A stretch of 64,000 nt of DNA from Micrococcales bacterium (GCA_009779195.1 WRET01000005.1:5568-69567), one strand, 5' to 3'. Positions 43,689 to 53,646 are shown, numbered from the stretch's first letter. Program-made: numbers and translations. The notes: a model not told the origin generated them from the sequence alone.

Positions 43689-45521
43689 TCACGGCGTGGC
43701 GAAGTCAGCGATGTGGTCGTCGGACATCCACTGGTCGTCTTCGGAGCGGGCTGCCTCGCCGGTGAACTGGCTGTCGTTGATCATGAGGTAGGCGGTGGTG
43801 GTCGGCGGACCATCGTTCCAGGTCACGTCCACGGCTTTCCAGACCCCGCCGACGAAGACCTTGTTCCAGGCGTGCGGCGAACCGTCGGACAGCTTGCCGG
43901 AGACGATGACAGCCGGCACCCCGGCAGCGTTGGCGAGCAGGGAGAACGCGTCTGCGTACGACTCGCACACCCCTTTGCCCCGCAACAGCACCCCGGAGGC
44001 GTTCCACGCGTAGCGGTACTCGTCGGGAACGTCGGAGGCCTGGGGGTCGTCCGGCAGCTGGTCGGCGGCTTCCATGTCGTACTCGGCGTTGTCGACGATC
44101 CACTTGTTGATGGCCTTGACCCGGTCGACGTCGGACATCTCGGGGCTGATGATCTCGGCCAAGACCGCCGTGCTGGCCTCCAGCACATCTTCTTGGATCT
44201 CGGCCTGCTCCTCCTTGGTGTACCCGTAGCCCACACGGCACGCGTGAGGTGTGCAGCCGTAGGTCCGTACGTCGATGACGTACGGGTTCTGGCTCACCGC
44301 TTCGAGCAGGGCGTCGTCAGCCTGTGCCTTGGTGTCCAGCGAGTAGGCGCGCAGGTCGATGATGTCCTCGTGGACGAGCATCTCCTGGGCGATGTACTTG
44401 ACCACGTCTTTCGAGCCGTAGACCGGGTACGCAGACGTGGAGTCCAGGCTCGGGAGCGTCGGCGGGGCTTCGGCGCGGGGGTCGACGTTGTTGGGCTGGG
44501 TGACGATCGGGAGCATCCCGCCGAGCAGCACGGCGGTCACCCCGAGGCTGAGCGCACCGATGGCGATCCCGCCGATGGCCATCGCCTTGCCCGCCGCCCG
44601 GCCCGCACCGATGAGCCCGAGCGCGATGATCCCGGTGATGATCGCCACCACCGAGCCCAGCCCGCCGATCCACACGATGGCCATGACGAGGGAGACCACG
44701 GCCAGGGTCTTGGTCGGCGGCCGGAACTGGTCGTCGTGCTCGTCGGACGGAGAGTAGGCGTACGCCGGAACCGGGTAGGCCGGCCTCGCGTCACGGGGGC
44801 CCTGCTGCGGCCCGAAGGGCGGGGGTGGGGGGTAAGGCGAAGAAGGCGGGAAGGGGGCCGCGTACGGTCCGGGTGCGCCTGGCGGCCACACAGGCCCAGC
44901 GGTCGCGGGCTCAGCCGGTGCTGGCCTGGGGATCGCCAGCCCCCCTGGCCTGGTCGTGACCGAAGCGCCTGGGCCTGGGGGAGGCCATGGCGCGGGCGGC
45001 TCGGGCATGGTCGGTGCTGGCTGGGGAACGGCGAGCGCGGCCGGCGTGGGTGGTGTGGCCCACGAGGGTGCACCTGGTGTGGGCCTGGCAGGAGTCACCG
45101 GGGTCGCGGGCCTGGCCGTCGGCTGGCTGGCTGCGGCGGCCCTGGTTGCCCTCACCGGTGTGCTTGGCGGCGGTACGGCTGGCCTGGTCCGGGGTGTGGC
45201 GAGCCTCGGTTCGGCGAACCAGGCGGGTGTGGACTGGCGTGCTGCAGCAGGCGGTGCGGCTGGCGCCATCGTGGCGCGCTGTGGCGGGCTCTGACGTGGT
45301 GGCGCTGGCCTGGCCCCGGGGACCGGCGGCGCGACGACGGGCACAGACCTGGTGTGCGGACCACGGGTCTGGGGCCTGGCGCTTGCCAACGGGGCGCCCC
45401 GCTCAGGTGTGGGGTCGCCGGGCCCTGGCGGCGGACGCAACCGGGGCGCCGGACGCCACCCTGGCGCAGGTTGTGGGGACCTCTGACCACGCGGCGTCGC
45501 GAATGGGTCAGAGGAGGTCAT
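43689..45521 (-). CDS. Membrane protein: Pro-rich N-terminus, DUF4190-like TM hairpin, extracytoplasmic transglutaminase-like domain
   Basis: The C-terminus GKGVCESYADAFSLLANAAGVPAVIVSG...PHAWNKVFVGGVWKAVDVTWND carries the Cys-His-Asp transglutaminase core. The TM region is AVVSLVMAIVWIGGLGSVVAIITGIIALGLIG. Confidence 0.75.
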   Translation of the reverse strand: MTSSDPFATPRGQRSPQPAPGWRPAPRLRPPPGPGDPTPERGAPLASARPQTRGPHTRSVPVVAPPVPGARPAPPRQSPPQRATMAPAAPPAAARQSTPAWFAEPRLATPRTRPAVPPPSTPVRATRAAAASQPTARPATPVTPARPTPGAPSWATPPTPAALAVPQPAPTMPEPPAPWPPPGPGASVTTRPGGLAIPRPAPAEPATAGPVWPPGAPGPYAAPFPPSSPYPPPPPFGPQQGPRDARPAYPVPAYAYSPSDEHDDQFRPPTKTLAVVSLVMAIVWIGGLGSVVAIITGIIALGLIGAGRAAGKAMAIGGIAIGALSLGVTAVLLGGMLPIVTQPNNVDPRAEAPPTLPSLDSTSAYPVYGSKDVVKYIAQEMLVHEDIIDLRAYSLDTKAQADDALLEAVSQNPYVIDVRTYGCTPHACRVGYGYTKEEQAEIQEDVLEASTAVLAEIISPEMSDVDRVKAINKWIVDNAEYDMEAADQLPDDPQASDVPDEYRYAWNASGVLLRGKGVCESYADAFSLLANAAGVPAVIVSGKLSDGSPHAWNKVFVGGVWKAVDVTWNDGPPTTTAYLMINDSQFTGEAARSEDDQWMSDDHIADFATP

Positions 45522-45577
45522 GCATACGACAATAGTCGAAAAGCGTCATCACACGGGCGGAATCGGTTCGTAGGGCC

Positions 45578-46507
45578 TCACTTGGCACCTTGATAGGTGC
45601 CTGCGACCAGCGACCCCACCAGCAGCTGGGAGTCTGTCCCGACCAGCACGCAGTACGCGGTCATCTCTCCCTTGGCGATCTGCGTACCACTGGGGTACCA
45701 GGTGCCGACGTTCGAGTCTGCCAGCAGGTTCGGGTCTGCGTTCAGCTGGGGCACGATGACGTCCCTCCAGCACGCCATACCGTCGGCCAGGACGCGTGGG
45801 TCGTCCTGGTCGACGTACGGCTGGGTGAGCCAGAAGGTGCTGACGAACTCCATGGCGTGGGGGACCGAGCAGTCGACCACACGGGTGTCTGACAGGTCGA
45901 AGGTCGTCGACACGAGGTCGTAGCACGTGCCCATGGCGATGTGCTGGTCCAGCCAGAACGACCCGGGGATCTGCGAGTCCAAGAGGCCCGTCGACGTCGG
46001 GGTTGGGGTCTGCGGGCTCGTCGTGGGGCGGGTGCTGGTCGTCGTCGGGTCTGTGGTCGACGCCACGTCGCTGCCGTCCCTGTTCATCACCAGAACGCCA
46101 GCGACGATCGCGCCGACCACGAGGATGAGGGCGCCGACGCCCAGCCCGAGCAGCAGCGGGAGGTTGTTCTTCTTCGGCGGTTGAGGCCCGGTCGGCACCG
46201 GGCCGTACCCGGGCGCTGGGCCGTACCCAGGTGTCGGGCCGTACCCGGGTGCTTGGCCGTACCCGGGTGTTGGGCCGTACCCAGGCAGGTTCGTCGGCGC
46301 TGCTGGGTCGTAGGCAGGGCCGGGAGCAGGTGCCGGTGGTGGTGTCGGGCTGTACCCGGGTGCCGGGCTGTACCCAGGTGCCGGGGCGTAGCCGGGTGCC
46401 GGGGCGTAACCGGGGCCCGGCGCGGGCGCAGGGTTGGGTCCCTGGCCGCCAGGGGTCTGGGGCGGACCGCCGGGGTTGGAGCCGTACGGGTACCCAGGGA
46501 CGCTCAT
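45578..46507 (-). CDS. Septum-formation-family-like membrane protein with a (P-G-Y)-rich repetitive N-terminus
   Basis: The N-terminus has APAPGYAPAPGYSPAPGYSP...GYGPTPGYGQAPGYGPTPGYGPAPGYGP repeats, followed by one TM helix. The C-terminus GTCYDL...VVDCSVPHAMEF...CWRD fits the Cys pattern of that family. Confidence 0.6.
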   Translation of the reverse strand: MSVPGYPYGSNPGGPPQTPGGQGPNPAPAPGPGYAPAPGYAPAPGYSPAPGYSPTPPPAPAPGPAYDPAAPTNLPGYGPTPGYGQAPGYGPTPGYGPAPGYGPVPTGPQPPKKNNLPLLLGLGVGALILVVGAIVAGVLVMNRDGSDVASTTDPTTTSTRPTTSPQTPTPTSTGLLDSQIPGSFWLDQHIAMGTCYDLVSTTFDLSDTRVVDCSVPHAMEFVSTFWLTQPYVDQDDPRVLADGMACWRDVIVPQLNADPNLLADSNVGTWYPSGTQIAKGEMTAYCVLVGTDSQLLVGSLVAGTYQGAK

Positions 46508-46552
46508 GCACAGAACTTAGTGGACGTCTGCTGGTGCGCGGAGCTCCCAGCC

Positions 46553-47329
46553 TCAGCCGTCGATGTCCACGACGACCGGGACGTGGTCGGACGGACCGGC
46601 GCCCTTGCGTTCGTCGCGCAGGATCTGCACCCCGGTGACCCGGCTGGTCAGCGCAGCAGAGGTGTACACCAGGTCGATACGCATCCCCTCGTCGCGGGCG
46701 AAGCGCGTGCGTTGGTAGTCCCAGAACGTGTAGGTGTGCTCGTCAGGTACGTGCACCCGGCTGACCTCGGTGTACCCGACGGCGTCGAACGCCGCCAGGG
46801 CTGCCCGTTCGTCGTCGGTGACGTGGGTGGCGCCAGCGAAGGACCCTATGTCCCACACGTCAGTGTCCAGCGGTGCGACGTTCCAGTCGCCGACCAGGGC
46901 CACCGGGGTGGCCCACCGCGCTGCGGCGTCGCGCAGTGCGGCCAACCAGGTGAGCTTGTAGGTGTAGTGCGGGTCGTCCACCTCGCGGCCGTTGGGCACG
47001 TACAGGCTCCACACCCGCACCCCGCCGCAGGTGACCCCCAGCGCCCGTGCCTCGGCCACCGGCGGGTCACCCCAGGTCGGCTGCCCAGCAAAGCCGCGCT
47101 CGACGTCCTCGGCGCCCACGCGCGAGAGGACCGCCACCCCGTTCCACCGGTCGAACCCGTGGCTGACGACACGGTACCCAGCGTCGATGAACGGGTCACG
47201 GGGGAACGCCTCGTCGCTGACCTTGGTCTCCTGCATGGCCAGCACGTCGACCTGCTCACGGCCCAAGAAGTCCAGCACCCGGTCCACCCGGGTCCGTACC
47301 GAGTTCACGTTCCACGTCGCCAACCGCAC
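46553..47329 (-). CDS. xthA: Exodeoxyribonuclease III
   Basis: Motifs: MRLATWNVNSVRTR, DVLAMQETK, GDWNVAP, and C-terminal PSDHVPVVVD. Confidence 0.9.
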   Translation of the reverse strand: MRLATWNVNSVRTRVDRVLDFLGREQVDVLAMQETKVSDEAFPRDPFIDAGYRVVSHGFDRWNGVAVLSRVGAEDVERGFAGQPTWGDPPVAEARALGVTCGGVRVWSLYVPNGREVDDPHYTYKLTWLAALRDAAARWATPVALVGDWNVAPLDTDVWDIGSFAGATHVTDDERAALAAFDAVGYTEVSRVHVPDEHTYTFWDYQRTRFARDEGMRIDLVYTSAALTSRVTGVQILRDERKGAGPSDHVPVVVDIDG

Positions 47330-47526
47330 GTGCAGAACCTACCGCGCCTTCTGGTGACAGCGAGGTGGCGACCCCGACGGTCAGCTCGGGGGTTTGCCCG
47401 ATGGTCTCTGGCTGCCGTCGGGTGCGATCGTGGGCGTGGCGTCCGAAGGAGGACGGCCCTGGGCCGGTTGTGCGCCTGCTTCAAGGTACGGTCGAGCCGG
47501 GGTTGAGACGAACGAGGAGTGGTGCT

Positions 47527-48450
47527 GTGATTGTCGCCGAAGGGCTGTCGAAGACGTACGGCCAGGTCCGGGCTGTAGATGGTGTGTCGTTCACCGTCCA
47601 ACCAGGCCGCGTGACGGGGTTTTTGGGGCCCAATGGAGCCGGGAAGTCCACGACGATGCGCATGGTCTTGGGTCTGGACCGTCCCAGCGCCGGACGTGTC
47701 ACCGTCAACGGTTGCCGCTACGTCCAGCACCGTGCCCCGCTGACCCAGGTCGGTGCCCTGCTGGAGGCCAGGGCTATCCACCCGGGCCGGCGCGCCCGCG
47801 CCCACCTGCAGACCGTCGCCGCCACGCACGGGATCGCCATGAAGCGGGTCGAGGAGGTCCTGGAGCTGACCGGGCTGGAGTCCGTCGCACGTAAACGCGT
47901 CAAAGGCTTCTCCCTGGGGATGGGCCAACGGCTGGGGATCGCCACGGCGCTGCTCGGCGACCCTCACACGCTGATCCTCGACGAACCGGTCAACGGCCTG
48001 GACCCCGAAGGCGTGAAGTGGGTGCGTGACCTGACGCGGGCCCTGGCCGCGCAGGGACGCACCGTGTTCTTGTCCTCGCACCTGATGGCAGAGGTCGCCC
48101 AGACCGCCGACCACGTCATCGTCATCGGACGCGGGCGGATCCTCGCCGACACCCCCATCGCCACGCTCCTGGCCGGGCCAGGGACCGAGACGTCCCGGCT
48201 GCGCGCCCCACGGGCCGCCGAGCTGGCCAGCGCCCTGCGGTCACACAACATCGAGGTCACCCAGACCGACGCCGAGCACCTGGACGTCGTCGCCAGCACC
48301 CAGGCTGTCGCCGAGGCCGCCCTTGCCGCGCAGATCGCCGTGCACGAGCTCGCACCGGTCAAAGCGTCCCTGGAGGACGCCTACCTCGCCCTCACCGCCG
48401 ACCAGGTCGAGTTCCGCTCTGGTACCGACATCCCGGAGGTGCGCTCATGA
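47527..48450 (+). CDS. ABC transporter ATP-binding protein (ABC-2 exporter type)
   Basis: Walker A GPNGAGKST, signature FSLGMGQRL, Walker B LILDEPVNGLD. The GTG at 47527 is preceded by GAGGAG. Confidence 0.9.
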   Translation: MIVAEGLSKTYGQVRAVDGVSFTVQPGRVTGFLGPNGAGKSTTMRMVLGLDRPSAGRVTVNGCRYVQHRAPLTQVGALLEARAIHPGRRARAHLQTVAATHGIAMKRVEEVLELTGLESVARKRVKGFSLGMGQRLGIATALLGDPHTLILDEPVNGLDPEGVKWVRDLTRALAAQGRTVFLSSHLMAEVAQTADHVIVIGRGRILADTPIATLLAGPGTETSRLRAPRAAELASALRSHNIEVTQTDAEHLDVVASTQAVAEAALAAQIAVHELAPVKASLEDAYLALTADQVEFRSGTDIPEVRS

Positions 48451-49280
48451 GTGCCACGACGTCGAACCCTGCACGTGTGAAGGTCACCTTCGGCCGGATC
48501 GTCGCCTCAGAGGCTGTCAAGATGGTCTCGTTGCGCTCGACGTGGTGGACCCTCGGCGTCTTCGTCGTGGCCCACGCCGGTCTGGGTGCGCTCATCGGCC
48601 TCGTACTGCGCGTCGCGGAGATGGACGACGGCCCGCTCGAGGCTTCGTACCTGGCACCCGCGGGGGGTTTCGGGATCATGCTCACCCAGCTGGCGCTGGT
48701 GGTGATCGCTGTCCTGACGATCACCACCGAGTACTCGTCGGGGCAGATCCACGGGTCCTTGATGGCGGTGCCCACCCGGGTGCCGCTCCTGGTCGCCAAG
48801 GCCGTCGTGCTCGGCGCTGCGGCCTTCGTCGTCGGCGCCGTCGCTTGTGGGCTGGCGTTGGGCTTGGGGACGCTCATCGCTGGCGACAGCGCCGCGTTCA
48901 CGCTGTCGGGCCCCGAGACCGCCTGGGGTCTGCTGGCCGGGCCGCTGTACCTGCTGGGTATCGCCTGGTTCAGCTTCTCTGTGGGCGCGCTCCTGCGTCA
49001 CTCTGCGGCGGCTATCGCCACCCTCATGGCTCTGCTCACCATCGTCCAGTGGGTGGTGATGGGCCTGCCCTTCTACTGGGTCCGCGTGCTCGCACCGTGG
49101 ATGCCGGGGACCGCTGGCCAGCAGATGTTCTTGACCAACCAAGACATCGCCGACGCCCGGGACCAGACCGAGGCCGGGGTTGTGGTGCTCACCCAGTGGC
49201 AGGGTTTCGCGGTCCTGCTCGGATGGGCCCTCCTCGCCTTCGTCCTGGCCACTGTCCTGCTCAAACGCCGAGACGCCTGA
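48447..49280 (+). CDS. ABC-2 family transporter permease
   Basis: Six hydrophobic segments. The start overlaps the ATPase stop (ATGA). Confidence 0.8.
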   Translation: MSATTSNPARVKVTFGRIVASEAVKMVSLRSTWWTLGVFVVAHAGLGALIGLVLRVAEMDDGPLEASYLAPAGGFGIMLTQLALVVIAVLTITTEYSSGQIHGSLMAVPTRVPLLVAKAVVLGAAAFVVGAVACGLALGLGTLIAGDSAAFTLSGPETAWGLLAGPLYLLGIAWFSFSVGALLRHSAAAIATLMALLTIVQWVVMGLPFYWVRVLAPWMPGTAGQQMFLTNQDIADARDQTEAGVVVLTQWQGFAVLLGWALLAFVLATVLLKRRDA

Positions 49281-49397
49281 CGGTGCCGGGCAGGACGGTC
49301 GTCGTGCCACCACCACGGCGGCCAGCCCCAGCACCTGACCTCGAACGACATACCGGACTGTGCGGTCGGTCGTGCTCGGGCGTGGCACACTGGGCCT

Positions 49398-49916
49398 GTG
49401 CACCTCGACGGGACCGGGCCGGTCGGCGCCGCGGATGTCACCTGCGTGCACGACGAGGCGTGGTTCGAGTCGTTGATGACGGCGCACGCCAAGGCGGTGC
49501 ACCGGTACTTCGCACGTCGTAGCGACTGGTGCGACGTGGACGACCTCACTGCCGACGTCCTGGCGACCGCTTGGCGCCGCCGCGACGACGTCCCCGACGA
49601 GGCACCCCTGGCCTGGTTGTACCGCACAGCCGGTTTCGTCCTGGCCAACCACCGGCGCAAGGGCCGCCCCGTACCCGTCGCCGAGCTGCCCGAGGCCGCC
49701 GACCTGGACGACCCGGCGTGGCACGCGGTCCGCGACGACGAGCTGCGCCAGGCCCTGGCCGCGGTGGGCCCCCGCGACCGCCAGGTCCTGCTGCTCAACG
49801 CCTGGGAGGGCCTGGTGGGCGAAGGGCTTGCCGCAGCGCTCGGCGTGAGCCGTACGGCAGCGGACTCGGCGCTCTCACGCGCACGGTCCCGACTGAGAGC
49901 AGCGTGGCCGACATGA
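49398..49916 (+). CDS. ECF-type RNA polymerase sigma-70 family factor
   Basis: The region-2-like stretch is AVHRYFARRSD..VDDLTADVLATAWRR. The region-4 HTH is RQVLLLNAWEGLVGEGLAAALGVSRTAADSALSRARSRL. Confidence 0.85.
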   Translation: MHLDGTGPVGAADVTCVHDEAWFESLMTAHAKAVHRYFARRSDWCDVDDLTADVLATAWRRRDDVPDEAPLAWLYRTAGFVLANHRRKGRPVPVAELPEAADLDDPAWHAVRDDELRQALAAVGPRDRQVLLLNAWEGLVGEGLAAALGVSRTAADSALSRARSRLRAAWPT

Positions 49917-49989
49917 CCCATCTGGATGACACGTGCGCAAGGCGGACCGTCGCCGGGACACAGACAGTACGGACTGCGAGGAGGTGCGC

Positions 49990-51177
49990 ATGAGCAGACC
50001 TGACGATGCCGAGGTGGCGGCTCGTCTGGGTGCCGCGGACCCTGCCGCTGACCTCCAGGTAGACCTGGACCAGATCCGCACCATGGTCCGAGACAGGCTT
50101 GCCGTCGACGCTGACGAGCCGGTCGTCTCCGGTCCTGAGGAAGGTCCGCATCCGGTTGCTCCTGGGCCTGGTCTGTCGCTCGTCGGGCCGAGCCCGCACG
50201 AGGTGGGTCCGACCCCTGGTGTCCCGGCCCCGGGTCTGGCGTCTGTGGTGCCGATGCGCCGGCGTTGGGTCGGTTGGGCCGCCGCCGCCGCGGCGGTCGT
50301 GGTGGTCGTGGTAGGCGGCGGGTACGTGGTCTCGTCTCTTGCCTCCAGCCGGTCGGGCAGCCCAGTAGATGCCGCTCCGTCCCCGCTGGAGCAACCAGAA
50401 GGCACCCAGGGGGGCGCAGACAGGGCACCTGCTCCCACTGGCCCTGGTGAACCTGCCCCACCGGCGGTCCGGCATATCGCGGTCGGCCTGCCAGACACCG
50501 CTGGTACTGCCACGGTGTACCAGGTCGCAGCGCCCCGGGTGGACCCCGAGCGGTTGGCCCAGGCGTGGGGCGTGCCCGGGCCGGTGCGCCGGACCCCTGA
50601 CGGCTGGGCCGCCGGGGACAGCACACGCACCCTGCGTATCACCGAGGCCGACGGCCTGGTCCACGTCGATTTCTCCGACACCTCGGTCACTGGCCAGTCC
50701 ACCGACCAGGCAGCCGCCCGCGCTGCCCTCGTCTCGGCCGGGGTCGACGTGTCCGTCCTGGACGTCTCCACGTCCGCCGGGGTCGTCCACCTGAACCAGG
50801 TGGTCGCAGGCCACCCCACATCCCTGGGCTGGCAGGTCCAGATGAGCCCGTCCGGCCCCCGCGCCATCACCGGAACCCTCGGCGGCGCGATCACCTCGCA
50901 AGGCACCCAGGCTCTGGTCAGCCCCGTAGCCGCCGTCGCCCGCCTGGACGACCCAGCCTTCGCTTCCTGGTCCGCCACCATGCCCGACCTCACCGGTCCC
51001 CTCCTCACCGACGTCGCCCAGGGAACCATTCCCCCCTCCGTCACCACCGTCGCGATCACCAGTGCCCGCCTCGGCCTGGCCCTAGACGTCTCTTCCGGCA
51101 CCCCCCGCCTCGTCCCCGCCTACGCTCTGACCTCGGAGTACGGAACCAACCTAGCCCCCGCCCTCGCCGACCCCTAG
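49990..51177 (+). CDS. Single-pass membrane protein downstream of the ECF sigma (putative anti-sigma factor)
   Basis: The call rests on position, a cytoplasmic N-terminus, the TM helix WVGWAAAAAAVVVVVVGGGYVV, and a large extracytoplasmic domain. I recognised no ZAS motif. Confidence 0.45.
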   Translation: MSRPDDAEVAARLGAADPAADLQVDLDQIRTMVRDRLAVDADEPVVSGPEEGPHPVAPGPGLSLVGPSPHEVGPTPGVPAPGLASVVPMRRRWVGWAAAAAAVVVVVVGGGYVVSSLASSRSGSPVDAAPSPLEQPEGTQGGADRAPAPTGPGEPAPPAVRHIAVGLPDTAGTATVYQVAAPRVDPERLAQAWGVPGPVRRTPDGWAAGDSTRTLRITEADGLVHVDFSDTSVTGQSTDQAAARAALVSAGVDVSVLDVSTSAGVVHLNQVVAGHPTSLGWQVQMSPSGPRAITGTLGGAITSQGTQALVSPVAAVARLDDPAFASWSATMPDLTGPLLTDVAQGTIPPSVTTVAITSARLGLALDVSSGTPRLVPAYALTSEYGTNLAPALADP

Positions 51178-51270
51178 CTCGCGTCAGATGCGGGTCTGGA
51201 AGTCGTGCACAAGTCCTGCGCCGGCTCGGTGCTTGCCTGCCCAGGGGCTGCCGAGCTCACCTCTGGGCTG

Positions 51271-51401
51271 AGAGGTGTACATTCCTCCGCACGTCCTGCG
51301 TCAGAAGGTATACATTCCTCCGCACGTCCTGCGTCAGAAGGTATACATTCCTCCGCATGTCCTGCGTCAGAAGGTATACTCCTGCGCAGGCCCCTGCGTC
51401 A
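51271..51401 (+). repeat. 33-bp tandem direct repeat (3 near-identical copies plus 1 degenerate) ending at the RBS of the DUF4143 ATPase gene
   Basis: The unit is GAAGGTATACATTCCTCCGCACGTCCTGCGTCA, at 51271, 51304 and 51337, with a degenerate copy at 51370. It is followed by AGGAGGAG and the ATG at 51412. Confidence 0.9.
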
Positions 51402-51411
51402 GGAGGAGTGG

Positions 51412-52842
51412 ATGAAACCGGGCGATGTGGTCCAGCGACTGACCTCAGGCAACCTGTGGTGGCGCGACCCGACAGACTGGGCCAGCCGTGACGTGCAGCT
51501 CCGTGCAGCAGCTACGGCTGGGTACACGTACGAGCCGGGCGTGCTGTCGTCGGTACCACGCGGCGGGCTCGTGCTCCTGCGCGGCCCACGTAGGGTCGGC
51601 AAGAGTGTCGAGCTCAAGCGGTTCGCCCAGCGGGTCCTGGGCTCCGGAGAACCACCGCGTGCGGTGATCCACGCTGCGGTCGACGGGTGGCGAGCCTCAG
51701 ACCTGCGTTCTCTGGTGGAGGTCGGCAAACGGCTGGCCCCGCCGGGCACCGTGCACCGGTGGTGGCTTGTCGACGAGATCTGCGGGGTACCCGGGTGGGC
51801 CGCCGAGATCAAGAACCTGCGAGACAACGACCCCGAGTTCGCCACCGACACCGTCGTGCTCACCGGGTCCAACGCCCGAGACCTGGCTCAGGCGACATCC
51901 GCGCTGGCGGGTCGTCGAGGCGATGTCGCCCGTCCTGACCGCACGATCCTGCCGATGGGTTTCCGCACGTTCGTCACGCTGATGCTCGCTGCGCGAGATC
52001 AGGCACCACCGGCCACCCCCCGGCTCGCTGGCGCCGACTTGCGGTCTGCGCATGCCGCACAGGTTTTCCACGAGCTGATCGCCTGGGAGTCCGAGCTGAC
52101 CGCGTGGTGGGAGATCTACCTCCAGGTCGGCGGGTTTCCCCAGGCAGTCTCGGCGCAGCTGGGAGGGGACGACCCGGCTCCGGTCGTCCAGGCACTGTTC
52201 GACGTGGTCCAGCGCGACATCTTCGGGTCGGCACAGATGTCCGAGCCCCAGGTAGCGGCACTCCTGGCGCGGATCGCCTCGAACATCGCCAGCCCGATGA
52301 ACACCAGCACGGTGGCCACGGATGTCGCCGTCAGCCACGACACTGGTGCCCGACGCGTGGCAGACCTTGTGACCTCGTACGTCCTGTGGACGTGCCCTGC
52401 TGGGGCCGACCAGCGCCCTGTGCTGCGCTCGCAGGCGAAACGGTATTTCACCGACCCTCTCCTGGCTCGTCTGGCGCACCTGCGCAACCCGGCGGTTCCC
52501 AACCCTGACGTGACCCGGCTCACCGAGCAGCAGCTCGGTATGGCACTGCTGCGTGCTGCTGAGGCCGCCACATCGGGTATCTACCCCGGGTTCGACCAGG
52601 TGCTCTACGAGCGCACCAAGACACGCAAGGAGATCGACTTCGTCGGGCCGCTGCTCGACCCAGTGGCGATCGAGGCCAAGTACACCGACACCGGCAGGTG
52701 GCAAGGGGAAGCCGCCACGGTGGACGCGAGCCCTTACGCGGGGGTGCTGGCTACCCGTGGGGTGCTCGACACGTCATCGGTCTCACCCGCCAACGCGTGG
52801 GCGGTCCCAGCGTCCTTGCTGGCCTTCAGCATCGACGTGTGA
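51412..52842 (+). CDS. ATP-binding protein of the AAA_14 / DUF4143 family
   Basis: N-terminal GNLWWRDP (the NPWW-like motif), Walker A GPRRVGKS, Walker B WWLVDEI, and C-terminal KEIDFVGP (DUF4143-like). There is a strong RBS. Confidence 0.75.
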   Translation: MKPGDVVQRLTSGNLWWRDPTDWASRDVQLRAAATAGYTYEPGVLSSVPRGGLVLLRGPRRVGKSVELKRFAQRVLGSGEPPRAVIHAAVDGWRASDLRSLVEVGKRLAPPGTVHRWWLVDEICGVPGWAAEIKNLRDNDPEFATDTVVLTGSNARDLAQATSALAGRRGDVARPDRTILPMGFRTFVTLMLAARDQAPPATPRLAGADLRSAHAAQVFHELIAWESELTAWWEIYLQVGGFPQAVSAQLGGDDPAPVVQALFDVVQRDIFGSAQMSEPQVAALLARIASNIASPMNTSTVATDVAVSHDTGARRVADLVTSYVLWTCPAGADQRPVLRSQAKRYFTDPLLARLAHLRNPAVPNPDVTRLTEQQLGMALLRAAEAATSGIYPGFDQVLYERTKTRKEIDFVGPLLDPVAIEAKYTDTGRWQGEAATVDASPYAGVLATRGVLDTSSVSPANAWAVPASLLAFSIDV

Positions 52843-53072
52843 CGAACAACGTGCCACTCACACCCTGTGCGACCAGGGCGTGGCCGAGTGCGGCGCGGAC
52901 TCACCAGACGCGCTGGAGCTCTGGAAGGGTTCGTATGCCTCGGGGGCGCAGGACCTTCTTATTAAGGGTTTTGATGACAATCTGGTCATAGGATGATATG
53001 CCGTTTTCTCGGGTGGCGGTGCGTTTATGGGAATTCTACGCTGGCGGTGTTGTATTCGTCTGGAGGTGTGTG

Positions 53073-53636
53073 ATGAAACGTCTGACAAAGGCTGCGATCG
53101 CCACGGGTGGTGCGGCGGTGCTGCTTGTCGGTGGTGCCGGGACGGTCGCGTACTGGACTGACACCGCCACAGCGACGGGCACGTCGGTCACCTCCGGTGA
53201 CCTGTCGGTCACCGACGGCTCGTGCGGCGCCTGGGACTACGACGACTCCGACGAGGGTGGGACTGCCGGGGACATCGTGCCTGGTGACCTGCTGGTGACC
53301 ACGTGCGAGGTGACGGTCGCCGGGACGGGTACGCACCTGGGGGTCACCGCAGAGCTCGACGCCAGCTCGACGTTCGACTCAGCCGCCCCCAACCCCCTGT
53401 CGACGGCGCTCGTGCTGACCACGAGCGACATCGCGGTCAACGGTGTGTCCGTGCCGGTGGACCCGACGCAAGGGGTGTCCATCACGGGCACCTCGAACAC
53501 CATCACCGTGACGGTGACGGCGGAGTTTCCCTATGGAACCGACACCAGCCCGGGTAATGACACCCAAGACCTGACAGCTTTGCTGGACAACGTGGTCATC
53601 AACGTCGTCCAGACGCACACCCCGCCAACGCCGTGA
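53073..53636 (+). CDS. TasA/camelysin-like exported protein with a SipW-type (alternate) signal peptide
   Basis: MKRLTKAAIATGGAAVLLVGGAGTVAYWTDTATATGTSVTSGDLSV parallels B. subtilis TasA ...GGGTWAAFND...ASGTLDL as I recall it. An AT-rich promoter region lies upstream. Confidence 0.7.
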   Translation: MKRLTKAAIATGGAAVLLVGGAGTVAYWTDTATATGTSVTSGDLSVTDGSCGAWDYDDSDEGGTAGDIVPGDLLVTTCEVTVAGTGTHLGVTAELDASSTFDSAAPNPLSTALVLTTSDIAVNGVSVPVDPTQGVSITGTSNTITVTVTAEFPYGTDTSPGNDTQDLTALLDNVVINVVQTHTPPTP

Positions 53637-53646
53637 CCGCAGCGCC

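Noticed and set aside
51205-51411. An N-terminal extension of the DUF4143 ATPase ORF that would translate the 33-bp repeats as HSSARPASEGI x3.
   Set aside because: A strong AGGAGG RBS sits 5 nt before the ATG at 51412. The family-typical NPWW-like motif then falls at residues 13-18, as expected. The repeat period being a multiple of 3 is not in itself evidence of coding.
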